Assembly (NCBI GenBank): GCA_965222995.1
Contig: OZ244977.1
Location: 1,033,083 to 1,097,082 of the forward strand
Length of the DNA stretch: 64,000 bases
Reading direction: 5' to 3'
Origin: Bacteroidia bacterium
Lineage (GTDB): Bacteria; Bacteroidota; Bacteroidia; UBA8524
Made by a program: the position numbers and the translations under genes. Of this stretch, positions 31,773-40,711 are shown in pieces. Each line of letters opens with the position of its first letter. Position 1 is the stretch's first letter. A model generated the notes under the pieces. It did not search any database and had not been told where the DNA came from. It saw nothing but the letters and a program-made list of their open reading frames with translations.

Positions 31773-32849
31773 CTAGAAAGTAATTTCATAACTATCATAT
31801 GGACCATCAACCTTCATGATTTCCTCTCCTGTGACTTCATTTTTATCATTTAATGTTAGGAAACCAAAGACAATTATATCTTCACTACCATCACATGTTG
31901 CATGAGCATTAAAGTCAAAGCTAGGCCCTAAAAGGGTTCTAACATCTTTATCACGTATATATTCGTCCCATCCCAAATCAAATGAAAAAGCAACTTTTAA
32001 ACTAATTTTAAACTTAATTAGCTTTTCTCTTGAGTTAATTTCCCTGACTGATTCAATTTCAAAATCATGTATTAAAGAGATTTCAGAAAAGCGAATAATG
32101 CTATATGTATTTTTAAAGCCTAAAAGAACTTCATCTAAGTCTAAATCTTGAAATAAACTAATTAAACTTTTATTTACCCAGTCTATGAAATTAAATCCAG
32201 TAATCTTGTTGTCTTCTAGCTTTTTCTTTACAATCTCAAGCTTCTTCAAATGAGGTACTATAAACTCTTCGTTGAACTTCGAAAGAGAGTTTATTATTCT
32301 AAAATTCTGAGGATTTGAAAACAAGTCTTTGTACTCATCTGAAATGTGGGAACCAGTACCAAAGTCTGAAGTATTATTGGTGACAAAAATAATTTGCTCT
32401 TGTCCACTTATATCAAGGTTTCTTATTGACTCCCATATTAAAAAGTCTCTGTATCCATCCTCTCCATTTTTAAAAGGGAGTTTTCTTTGAAAAATTCTTT
32501 CTACTATATCTCGATGTTTAGTTTCTGGATAGTCAAGAAAATGTACTTTTTTTTCTTTTAGATACTTGTACAATAATTTTTTATATAAGTCTACATGTTT
32601 TAAGTAATCAAGTTTTTCTGTTTTTAATGAAACTCCATGACGTTTTTTCAGCTGAGAAATTGACTTTTCAAATTTGTAAGTCATTTCCTTTAACGATTCT
32701 CTATATTTATTTATAGTCTCATCAATTACAACCTCACATATATGAACAGATGCAGGTATTTGATCAACTTTATCAAAAAACAAGTCGAATGTTGGTGACT
32801 TCATTAAAAAGTCTTGAACAAAAATATTAGTATCGATAGTGACTTTCAT
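31773..32849 (-). CDS. PIN-like domain protein (DUF4935-like), low GC
   Basis: The N-terminus KVTIDTNIF is a PIN-type acidic start. Later EDGYRDFLIWESI and IIFVTNNTSDF motifs are also present. 358 aa. The gene is markedly AT-rich. Confidence 0.45.
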   Translation of the reverse strand: MKVTIDTNIFVQDFLMKSPTFDLFFDKVDQIPASVHICEVVIDETINKYRESLKEMTYKFEKSISQLKKRHGVSLKTEKLDYLKHVDLYKKLLYKYLKEKKVHFLDYPETKHRDIVERIFQRKLPFKNGEDGYRDFLIWESIRNLDISGQEQIIFVTNNTSDFGTGSHISDEYKDLFSNPQNFRIINSLSKFNEEFIVPHLKKLEIVKKKLEDNKITGFNFIDWVNKSLISLFQDLDLDEVLLGFKNTYSIIRFSEISLIHDFEIESVREINSREKLIKFKISLKVAFSFDLGWDEYIRDKDVRTLLGPSFDFNAHATCDGSEDIIVFGFLTLNDKNEVTGEEIMKVDGPYDSYEITF

Positions 32850-32859
32850 CCGTAAGTAT

Positions 32860-33507
32860 TTAAATATCCTTATTCATCAAAACTCTTGTATCAGCAGGAA
32901 AGTAGTTAAGTATTTCTGGGTGTTGGCTGTGCTGTTCAAAAGTGGTTTCAAAGCCTAATTTCTGATAAGCCTTTAAAGCACTCTCATTAGTTTTAAATAG
33001 TATGATTTCTGCTTTTGTAAGTTCTGAATTTTGAACTTTGTACTGCTCTATTTGCTTCTCAATAACCTGCTTTGCTAAGCCTTTCCCTCTAAACTCTAGT
33101 GCTGTATACACATGCTCAAATTGCAAAGTACCTTCGGTTCTATCTACTCTTAAAGACTCAATTATTTCATGCTTTTCTAATGCCTTTTGATAAACCTCTT
33201 GTCCTAAACCAAAAGAAAGTACCTGTGCTGTCAACATACTTGATGCTCCTTCTTCACCCTCTACCCAAGCACAACAGGTAGCAGCAGGAATGCCATCATC
33301 TGTTTTAGCAATCAAAAAGCCAGAAAGCCAAAGCTCTTGCCCTTCAATATCTTCCTCAATCATGTCTCTAAAAAGTGGTTTTAACTCTTCTTCACTTTTC
33401 TCAAAAAGGGTAGCATAGCTCAATACATTGGTACCACTTTTTACCGCTGCAAAAACAGCCTCAGTAACAAAATCTAAATCAGCTTCGGTAGCTTGTACAA
33501 ACTTCAT
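32860..33507 (-). CDS. GNAT-family N-acyltransferase
   Basis: Acyl-CoA pocket motif RGKGLAKQVIE and a GNAT-like beta-alpha pattern. 215 aa. Confidence 0.55.
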   Translation of the reverse strand: MKFVQATEADLDFVTEAVFAAVKSGTNVLSYATLFEKSEEELKPLFRDMIEEDIEGQELWLSGFLIAKTDDGIPAATCCAWVEGEEGASSMLTAQVLSFGLGQEVYQKALEKHEIIESLRVDRTEGTLQFEHVYTALEFRGKGLAKQVIEKQIEQYKVQNSELTKAEIILFKTNESALKAYQKLGFETTFEQHSQHPEILNYFPADTRVLMNKDI

Positions 33508-33508
33508 A

Positions 33509-34999
33509 TTAGTTGTTGGGAGTAGATGAAAGAGTAGCGGCTAATTGTTTCCTGTCTACTTTTCCGTTGTTATTCAATGGGAATGAAGAAACATTAATTA
33601 TTCTTTCAGGTAGCATATAATCTGGCATTTGAGTTTTGAGATAGCTGCTTAATTCATCAGTATTACCTTCATAATTTTCTACAAACAAAAATATTTGCGC
33701 TATACCCATATCGTTATTTTGAGCTACTGCTGCAATATTACTTAAATGGGTATGGTGGCGGGTATGGGCTTCTATCTCATTTAATTCTACCCTAAAACCT
33801 CCCTTAACTTTTACTTGGTAGTCTGTTCGCCCACAATACATATAGTCACCATCTTCGTCTTGGTAAACATTATCTCCAGTTCTATAATAGCGCACTCCAT
33901 CTAAATCAAAAAAAGCAGCTGCGTTCTTTTCAGGGTTATTTAGGTAGCCTGGGGTTATTTGTGCACCCGTAACACATAGTTCTCCTTTTTCACCTTGCTT
34001 AATAGGTTGGTTATTTTCATCCACAGCAATAGCCGTAACGTTTTTCATGGGTTTGCCAATACATACCATTTCATTGTACTGCTTCGTCTCATTAGTACAG
34101 TCGTAAGTGAGGCAGAATATAGTAGCTTCTGTTGGACCATAAACATTTTCCACCTTGCCATTTGGTAAGCATTGTTTCCACTCTTCTGCAATTTCTGCAT
34201 ACAACGCTTCACCACAAAATAATGAGTAGCGAAGTTTAGAAAACTCCATCTCATCAAAATAAGGGCGCAGGTAACTCAGCATAGAAGGTACCATTAAAGT
34301 AAATGTAAGCTCATGGTCCTCTAGCAAGCTATAAATACTCATGTATTTAATAGTTTCATTACCAACTGTGTATACACAACCACCTACTAGCAATGGAGCT
34401 AAGTAAGACATTACCGATAAATCAAATGTCAAATCAAACATTTGCAAAAAGCGGTCTTCTTCACTTAACTCATAACCTAAAGCAAAAAAGGAGTCCATAA
34501 AGCCCCATAAGTTCTCATGGGTTAATGGTACACCTTTGGGCTTACCGGTACTACCTGAGGTGAATAATATATAGGCAAAGTCGCTTAGCTGGATGTTTGG
34601 AATGGTATAATCTCCATCAAACGGAGAAATGCTTTCTATCTCCGTTACCTTATCTGTTGAGTTGAGATTATTTTTTAGTTCTTCCTTTTTTAGAGGACTT
34701 AAAATAATTTCAAGCCCTGCTTGGTCTATAATACTTTGGCCACGGTCTTTAGGGTAGGAGGGAAGGATAGGTACATACGCAGCACCGCTAAATAGTATAC
34801 CAATATTAGCAGCATAGGTATTAAAGTCATCGTCGGCAATTACGCCAACGGGTTTTTTACTTGGGTTATTTTTATTTAGCCAAGTGGCTATACCCAATGC
34901 TTTTTGCTGTAACTGGTGGTAAGTATAAAACTCTTCTTTTATATAAAAGGCATTACGAGTGCCATATTTTGTAAAGTTTTCTTTGAGTTGGTGAAGCAT
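33509..34999 (-). CDS. stand-alone adenylation (AMP-binding, ANL superfamily) enzyme
   Basis: ANL core motifs: TSGSTGKPKGV (A3), YGPTE (A5), YRTGD (A7) and GRTDYQVKVKGGFRVELNEIE (A8). No carrier or condensation domain. 496 aa. Confidence 0.75.
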   Translation of the reverse strand: MLHQLKENFTKYGTRNAFYIKEEFYTYHQLQQKALGIATWLNKNNPSKKPVGVIADDDFNTYAANIGILFSGAAYVPILPSYPKDRGQSIIDQAGLEIILSPLKKEELKNNLNSTDKVTEIESISPFDGDYTIPNIQLSDFAYILFTSGSTGKPKGVPLTHENLWGFMDSFFALGYELSEEDRFLQMFDLTFDLSVMSYLAPLLVGGCVYTVGNETIKYMSIYSLLEDHELTFTLMVPSMLSYLRPYFDEMEFSKLRYSLFCGEALYAEIAEEWKQCLPNGKVENVYGPTEATIFCLTYDCTNETKQYNEMVCIGKPMKNVTAIAVDENNQPIKQGEKGELCVTGAQITPGYLNNPEKNAAAFFDLDGVRYYRTGDNVYQDEDGDYMYCGRTDYQVKVKGGFRVELNEIEAHTRHHTHLSNIAAVAQNNDMGIAQIFLFVENYEGNTDELSSYLKTQMPDYMLPERIINVSSFPLNNNGKVDRKQLAATLSSTPNN

Positions 35000-35994
35000 T
35001 AGGCAAAGTTTTTCTTAAATTTATCTAACTGGCGGTGTGTGGCTAAAATAATCAGGCGTATATCACGACTAAGTAAGGTGTCTCCTAGTGGGTTAACGGT
35101 GTATTCGCCTTTATTATTTTTAAGACCCACTATACTTATATCTAACTCAGGATGTTTTCGTAGTTCTATCAACTTCTTATCCCATAGTTTTGTATACAAT
35201 TCAAGGTCAATTTCATGAAACATGGTTTCAGCGTCATGTGTAACAAAGTCAATAAACTCTTTCACATCAGGGTTTATTATTAAATAAGCCATGTGCATCC
35301 CTCCTAAAAAGTCGGGTTTAATTACATCGTTGGCTCCTGCAATCAGTAGTTTTTTCTCAACATTATCTTTACTAGCGCGGCTGATAATATGTAACTCCTT
35401 GTTCATTTCACGGGCAGAGAGTACTAAAAATAAATTATCTGTATCATCGTGTAAAGCGCACATCAAAGCCCTCGCACGGTTTATACCCGCAGACAGTAGC
35501 ACATCATCATTAAGTGCACTATCTTCAAAAACGGGTATGCTTTTTTCGCGTAGCTCCATACACAACTCGTGTTTTAACTCTATTACCACAAAAGGTATTT
35601 GGTGTAATAAAAACAATTCAGCAGCTTTACGTCCATTACGTCCATAGCCACAAATAATTACATGGTTTTCCATTTTTCTTACAGTTTTTTTAGCCCGTCT
35701 TCTTCTTAGCAATACCAGAAAATCACCGTCTAACAGGTATGACGATATTGAACCTAGTGAGTATGCAAAAACACTAAGGGTAAATATGATTAAAAATATG
35801 GTAAATATTCTTCCGTTAGTACTTAAAGGTGCTACCTCTTTAAAACCTGTAGTAGATATGGTAATAACAGTCATATAAAGAGCGTCAAGAGGTGAATACC
35901 CCTCAAAAAACATATATCCGGCAGTACCTGCTGTTAAGGTTAATACTATAAGAAATAGCAACAAATATATTTTAGACCGTAATATGTTTTTCAT
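34999..35994 (-). CDS. two-TM K+-channel-like protein with TrkA-N/RCK domain; atypical filter TTGFKE
   Basis: TM1, pore helix and TM2 followed by a Rossmann RCK domain (VIICGYGRNG). The selectivity-filter position reads T-T-G-F-K-E instead of T-V-G-Y-G-D. Confidence 0.7.
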   Translation of the reverse strand: MKNILRSKIYLLLFLIVLTLTAGTAGYMFFEGYSPLDALYMTVITISTTGFKEVAPLSTNGRIFTIFLIIFTLSVFAYSLGSISSYLLDGDFLVLLRRRRAKKTVRKMENHVIICGYGRNGRKAAELFLLHQIPFVVIELKHELCMELREKSIPVFEDSALNDDVLLSAGINRARALMCALHDDTDNLFLVLSAREMNKELHIISRASKDNVEKKLLIAGANDVIKPDFLGGMHMAYLIINPDVKEFIDFVTHDAETMFHEIDLELYTKLWDKKLIELRKHPELDISIVGLKNNKGEYTVNPLGDTLLSRDIRLIILATHRQLDKFKKNFA

Positions 35995-36095
35995 GCAGGT
36001 TTAATTGAAAGGTAACCTCTCTTTTTCAGTACAAAAATCATACTTTTGCAAACCAAATTTCAGTATAAACTGTTAAACTTTAAAAATCAAAAAAA

Positions 36096-36740
36096 ATGTC
36101 AGTATTAGTTGGAAAAAAAGCACCCGTGTTTAGTGCAGATGCCGTAGTAAACGGAGAGTTTGTTGAAGGATTTTCATTAGATCAATACTTAGGTAAAAAA
36201 AATGTAGTTTTTTACTTCTACCCAATGGATTTTACTTTTGTTTGCCCTACTGAAATTATTGCATTTCAAAAGCGTGCGCAAGACTTTGCAGACCGTGATA
36301 CAGTTGTAGTAGGATGCTCTGTAGATTCTAAATTTTCTCACTTTGCATGGTTAAATACATCACAGGATAACGGAGGAATTGAGGGTGTTGAATACCCATT
36401 GGTAGCAGATATTGAAAAAACCATTGCTATGAATTATGGTGTATTAGCAGGTCATTACGATTATAATGAAGAAGGTGAAATGATTTTTGTGAGTGATAAG
36501 GGAGATGAAGCTGTTGCTTATCGTGGTCTTTTCTTAATAGATAAAGAAGGAATTGTCCGCCACCAAGTAGTAAATGATATGCCTTTGGGTCGTAATGTAG
36601 AGGAAACTTTACGTATGATTGATGCTTTGCAGTTTTTTGAACAAAAAGGTGAAGTATGTCCTGCAAACTGGGAAAAAGGTCAGGAAGGTATGACAGCTGA
36701 TGCCGAAGGTGTGGCAAAATATCTGTCTTCGCATAAATAA
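36096..36740 (+). CDS. 2-Cys peroxiredoxin (AhpC/TSA family)
   Basis: Peroxidatic Cys motif FTFVCPTEI and resolving Cys EVCPANW. 214 aa. Confidence 0.85.
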   Translation: MSVLVGKKAPVFSADAVVNGEFVEGFSLDQYLGKKNVVFYFYPMDFTFVCPTEIIAFQKRAQDFADRDTVVVGCSVDSKFSHFAWLNTSQDNGGIEGVEYPLVADIEKTIAMNYGVLAGHYDYNEEGEMIFVSDKGDEAVAYRGLFLIDKEGIVRHQVVNDMPLGRNVEETLRMIDALQFFEQKGEVCPANWEKGQEGMTADAEGVAKYLSSHK

Positions 36741-36769
36741 ATTGAAAGTATAATAAAACTTTTCTTGTC

Positions 36770-36806
36770 AAATCCTTGTCATATTCATGTGGCAAGGATT
36801 TTTTTG
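36770..36806 (+). terminator. rho-independent terminator after peroxiredoxin gene
   Basis: Stem aaatccttg…caaggattt followed by T7. Confidence 0.6.
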
Positions 36807-36840
36807 TTTAATTTAGAAACCAATTACATATAAACATTTT

Positions 36841-37635
36841 ATGAAATACATTTACACTCTAATTTCAATGGCAATTGTAAGTTTTGTCATTATTTCTATC
36901 AATCCTCAAACAGGACATTCAAACTCAACCGGGGCACCCCAAGGAAGAACAGGTGCTATGGGTGAGGGTACATGTGGAGATGCAGGATGCCATGGTACTG
37001 CACCAGCAAATGCCCCTAATGCAATTACTACCGATATACCAACGGCTGGCTACACACCGGGTCAAACGTATAATATTACGGTAACTGCATCGGAAATGGG
37101 ACGTATGCGCTTTGGTTTCCAAGCAAGATCATCGGCAGGTAGTTTAAACGGTAATAACGATGTGCAACTGGTAGGTGGCGGTACTTATGCTACCCACCGA
37201 ACAGGAAGTACCAGTGGAACAGACTCTAGAGCATGGACTTTTGAGTGGACTGCTCCAACAGCAGGTACAGGAACAGTAACTTTTAATACTGCTATGTTGG
37301 CTGCTAATGGAAACGGATCAACTTCAGGAGACAATGTGTACACTTCTTCACTTCAGGTTAGTGAGGCAAGCACAAATAACGTTGTTAATGTTGATGCTGC
37401 TGATATTACAGTTTACCCGTCTCCTTTCACAAACACAATTACTTTAGAGCAAGGTACTAATGCATTTGAAAATGCTAGTATTAGTATTTACTCTTTAGAT
37501 GGTAAAAAAGTAGTTGAAAAAGAGATGACTTCAACTTCAGTAAGTTTTGATACTCAAAACTTTGCAAAAGGTATTTATATCATAAAACTACAAGCAGGTA
37601 CTACAATTGTTACTAAAAAAGTAGCTAAAATGTAG
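36841..37635 (+). CDS. T9SS C-terminal-sorting-domain secreted protein with Cys-containing N-terminal domain
   Basis: Signal peptide, then GAPQGRTGAMGEGTCGDAGCHG. The C-terminal ~80 aa (…VYPSPFTNTITLEQ…GIYIIKLQAGTTIVTKKVAKM) match the type-A T9SS CTD pattern. Confidence 0.6.
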   Translation: MKYIYTLISMAIVSFVIISINPQTGHSNSTGAPQGRTGAMGEGTCGDAGCHGTAPANAPNAITTDIPTAGYTPGQTYNITVTASEMGRMRFGFQARSSAGSLNGNNDVQLVGGGTYATHRTGSTSGTDSRAWTFEWTAPTAGTGTVTFNTAMLAANGNGSTSGDNVYTSSLQVSEASTNNVVNVDAADITVYPSPFTNTITLEQGTNAFENASISIYSLDGKKVVEKEMTSTSVSFDTQNFAKGIYIIKLQAGTTIVTKKVAKM

Positions 37636-37653
37636 TTTAAGCTTGCGAACATT

Positions 37654-37687
37654 AAAAAAGCCCGGCACTAAAGTGCCGGGCTTTTTT
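37654..37687. terminator. bidirectional rho-independent terminator between convergent genes
   Basis: Perfect 11-bp GC-rich stem gcccggcac/taaa/gtgccgggc, flanked by A6 on the 5' side and T6 on the 3' side. Confidence 0.8.
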
Positions 37688-37706
37688 AATGAAATTTATA
37701 ATAGTA

Positions 37707-38621
37707 CTATCTAAGTGTAAACTTCTTAGAACCTATCAAAAAACCATCGCTATAAAGCAATACGGTATACTCTCCTTTTTCCCATTGTGTATTACCTCTT
37801 GCATAGAAAAATGTTATTTTAGGTTGTTCGTTTTTAAACTTAATTTTTTGGCGTTGTGTATAAAGAGCTTCGCTGCCCATATACTCAAACTTACCTCCTC
37901 CTGATGTTTCAGTAGAAATAGTTGCACCATCTGGGTTTAGCAGTCGCATATAAATATTTCTGTCTCCCAGTTTTGCGGTTGGGTTATCTTCAATTACAAA
38001 CTCAACCTTTATTTGGTCAACACGTTTAGCCCGTGTTGTTTCTCTTAATCGGCCGCTGCTTCTATTTTGTATACCAACTACCGTAAAATTATCAGCCTTT
38101 AATCGAGATGCAATATTTAGTTTATTATCCTTCTCAATGTTTTCCATTGTCAGGTCTTCAATCTTGGCATTGGCCTTATTTAATGTTTTTTTGGTTGCCT
38201 GAAGGTTTTCTACTAAAATTTCATTCTCTCTGGCTATAGAGTCTACTTGTTGTGTATATTTTCTGTTGTAATATCTTAATACATCCAACTCATCTTTTAC
38301 CCGTAAAAGTTCTGCGGCAGAAATCTGATTTTTTCTAAGCAACGATTTAATTTCATCTGCCTTAGCCTGTATTTCTGCATTTCTTTCACTAATGATAGAA
38401 TCAAGCTCTTCATTTTCTCCAACATACTTACCTAATTCCGTTTTTGTTTGGCTCAGAATATCTTCCAATTCTTTTCTGGCATTGTCAGTATTTAAAAGTT
38501 TCTCTTCAACGGTTACTACTTCTTTTTCCTTATTAAAGTATAAGTAACCAAAAACTCCATTACCAATAAGCAATAAAATAATTATGATAATGTAAATAGC
38601 TCTACCTTTTGAGTTTTCCAT
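37707..38621 (-). CDS. membrane-anchored coiled-coil protein with C-terminal beta domain (hypothetical)
   Basis: N-terminal TM (IYIIIIILLLIGNGVFGYLYF), about 150 aa of heptad-rich sequence, then a globular C-terminus. 304 aa. Confidence 0.5.
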   Translation of the reverse strand: MENSKGRAIYIIIIILLLIGNGVFGYLYFNKEKEVVTVEEKLLNTDNARKELEDILSQTKTELGKYVGENEELDSIISERNAEIQAKADEIKSLLRKNQISAAELLRVKDELDVLRYYNRKYTQQVDSIARENEILVENLQATKKTLNKANAKIEDLTMENIEKDNKLNIASRLKADNFTVVGIQNRSSGRLRETTRAKRVDQIKVEFVIEDNPTAKLGDRNIYMRLLNPDGATISTETSGGGKFEYMGSEALYTQRQKIKFKNEQPKITFFYARGNTQWEKGEYTVLLYSDGFLIGSKKFTLR

Positions 38622-38687
38622 TAAGATTTAATTCGTTTTCTGCAAAAATAGATATTTAAATTTGCCATCCTTAAAAAGTTAAACGAT

Positions 38688-39230
38688 TTGGAAGTAAAGA
38701 ATATTTTTATTGAGGGGCCATTAGTAATACAGCCTAAAGTTTTTTATGATGAACGAGGGTATTTTTATGAAAGTTATAATGACGATGCATATAAAAAAGC
38801 AGGTATTGATGTAACATTTGTGCAAGACAATCAATCATTATCTCAAAAAGGGGCAGTTAGGGGGCTACATTTCCAAGCACCGCCCTTTGAGCAAGGAAAA
38901 CTGGTAAGGGTAATAAAAGGTGCTGTATATGATGTGGTGGTAGATATTCGCAAAAATTCACCTACTTATGGGAAACATTATGGTATTGAGCTAAATGAGG
39001 ATAATTTTACCATGTTTTGGATACCACCGGGTTTTGCTCACGGATTTTCAACTTTAAAGGATAATACCATATTTGCCTATAAATGTACCAACGTATATAA
39101 CAAACCTTCGGAAGGAGGAATACTATGGAACGACGCCGACCTTGCAATAGACTGGAATGTAGAAAATCCAATAATATCAGATAAGGATAAGGAATTACCT
39201 AACTTTAATCATTTTAAATCACCATTTTAA
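38688..39230 (+). CDS. rfbC: dTDP-4-dehydrorhamnose 3,5-epimerase
   Basis: Cupin-fold RmlC motifs (…DERGYFYE…, RGLHFQ…, PPGFAHGF). 180 aa. Confidence 0.85.
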   Translation: MEVKNIFIEGPLVIQPKVFYDERGYFYESYNDDAYKKAGIDVTFVQDNQSLSQKGAVRGLHFQAPPFEQGKLVRVIKGAVYDVVVDIRKNSPTYGKHYGIELNEDNFTMFWIPPGFAHGFSTLKDNTIFAYKCTNVYNKPSEGGILWNDADLAIDWNVENPIISDKDKELPNFNHFKSPF

Positions 39231-39248
39231 GCAATATATTGCGGCACT

Positions 39249-40199
39249 ATGAAAGAAGAGGGAACTATAGAAATAACACCTAGAATACATGAGCTTTTAA
39301 CTAAGCTTGAACATAAGTACGATGCTATGGGGCAGAACATGGAATCGTATATGGAAGGGCTATTGCATGCTGATTACACCACTTACTGGGATTACATACA
39401 TACTGATGCACTTTTGGCATTACAGAACCCGAAAACCAGTTTTCCCGATGAGATGGTGTTTATTATGTACCACCAAATAACGGAGTTGTATTTTAAGCTT
39501 ACACTTCATGAGATTGAACAAATTTGCGGGAAGAGAGACTTAACTAAAGAATTTTTCTTGGTTCGGATGAAAAGAATCAACGCTTATTTTGATGTATTGA
39601 CAGAGTCTTTTAGAATTATGATAGACGGTATGGAACCTGAACAATTCTTAAAATTCCGTATGTCTTTGTTGCCTGCCAGTGGTTTTCAATCTGCACAATA
39701 CCGCATGATAGAAATATGCAGTACTAACTTTTACAATTTGGTTGAGAAAAGACATCGTGAACGTTTTAACGGTGATGAAGACATAGCTGTGATGTTTGAG
39801 TATATCTATTGGAAATCAGGGGCAACTGAATTGGCAACAGGTAAGAAAACACTAACTCTAACCCAATTTGAGCGTAAATACTCATTGAAACTTAAGGATT
39901 TAGCCGTTGAATACCGCCATAAAAACTTGTTGGAACGTTACAATCAATTATCTGACAAGGATGATGAACTGAAAAAGGAAATGCGCCATTTTGATTTGAA
40001 TGTAAATGTAAACTGGCCTATGATACACATGCGTTCTGCTGCCCGTTACTTGGCAAAGCCAGAAGGTGAAATAGCAGCTACAGGAGGAACCAACTGGCAG
40101 AAATATTTAGCCCCAAGATTACAACAACGTATATTCTTTTCTTCGTTATGGAGTGATGAAGAAAAAGAAAACTGGGGAACAACTTCAGTTACTTACTAA
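39249..40199 (+). CDS. kynA: tryptophan 2,3-dioxygenase
   Basis: TDO family signature (…YWDYIHTDALLALQ…HQITELYFKL…). 316 aa. Confidence 0.7.
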   Translation: MKEEGTIEITPRIHELLTKLEHKYDAMGQNMESYMEGLLHADYTTYWDYIHTDALLALQNPKTSFPDEMVFIMYHQITELYFKLTLHEIEQICGKRDLTKEFFLVRMKRINAYFDVLTESFRIMIDGMEPEQFLKFRMSLLPASGFQSAQYRMIEICSTNFYNLVEKRHRERFNGDEDIAVMFEYIYWKSGATELATGKKTLTLTQFERKYSLKLKDLAVEYRHKNLLERYNQLSDKDDELKKEMRHFDLNVNVNWPMIHMRSAARYLAKPEGEIAATGGTNWQKYLAPRLQQRIFFSSLWSDEEKENWGTTSVTY

Positions 40200-40225
40200 A
40201 TTAAGATTTAAGTCAATTAATGTAT

Positions 40226-40249
40226 AGGGGGCTTAAGCCCCTTTTTTTG
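40226..40249 (+). terminator. rho-independent terminator after kynA
   Basis: Hairpin agggggc/ttaa/gcccct followed by T7. Confidence 0.6.
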
Positions 40250-40267
40250 TTTTAAGTAGTTTGAGAA

Positions 40268-40711
40268 ATGGAAATACGATTAGCACAACCCAAAGATATT
40301 GATACTATAGCCATGAATAACAATTTAATGGCACAAGAAACTGAAGGGAAAGAACTGGATATGCAAACAGTTACACAAGGCGTTAAGGCTATTTTCAATG
40401 ACCCATCAAAAGGGTTTTATTTAGTAGTTGAGGTTAATGGTAAAGTAGCTGCAAACCTTATGGTGACTTATGAGTGGAGTGATTGGAGGAACAGTAATAT
40501 TTGGTGGATACAAAGTGTTTATGTAATTAAAGAATATAGAAGAAAAGGTTTGTATAAAGCCATGTATAATGAAGTAAAAAACAGGGCAAAGCTTGAAGGG
40601 GTTAAGGTAATTCGATTATATGTTGAAGAGGAAAATACTATAGCACAACAAACCTATAAAAGCTTAGGTATGCAACACAGCTACTACTATATGTTTGAGG
40701 CGGATATTTAA
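40268..40711 (+). CDS. GNAT-family acetyltransferase
   Basis: 147 aa with an RRKGLYKAMYNEV acetyl-CoA motif. Confidence 0.65.
   Translation: MEIRLAQPKDIDTIAMNNNLMAQETEGKELDMQTVTQGVKAIFNDPSKGFYLVVEVNGKVAANLMVTYEWSDWRNSNIWWIQSVYVIKEYRRKGLYKAMYNEVKNRAKLEGVKVIRLYVEEENTIAQQTYKSLGMQHSYYYMFEADI

Noticed and set aside
36427-36795. 122-aa minus-strand ORF overlapping the peroxiredoxin gene
   Set aside because: It is antisense to a well-supported conserved CDS and has no motif. It is likely spurious.
36925-36960. Possible c-type heme-binding site in the T9SS cargo (TCGDAGCHG)
   Set aside because: The spacing is C-x4-CH, not the canonical CXXCH. I kept it only as a possible metal or ligand site and did not annotate a cytochrome.
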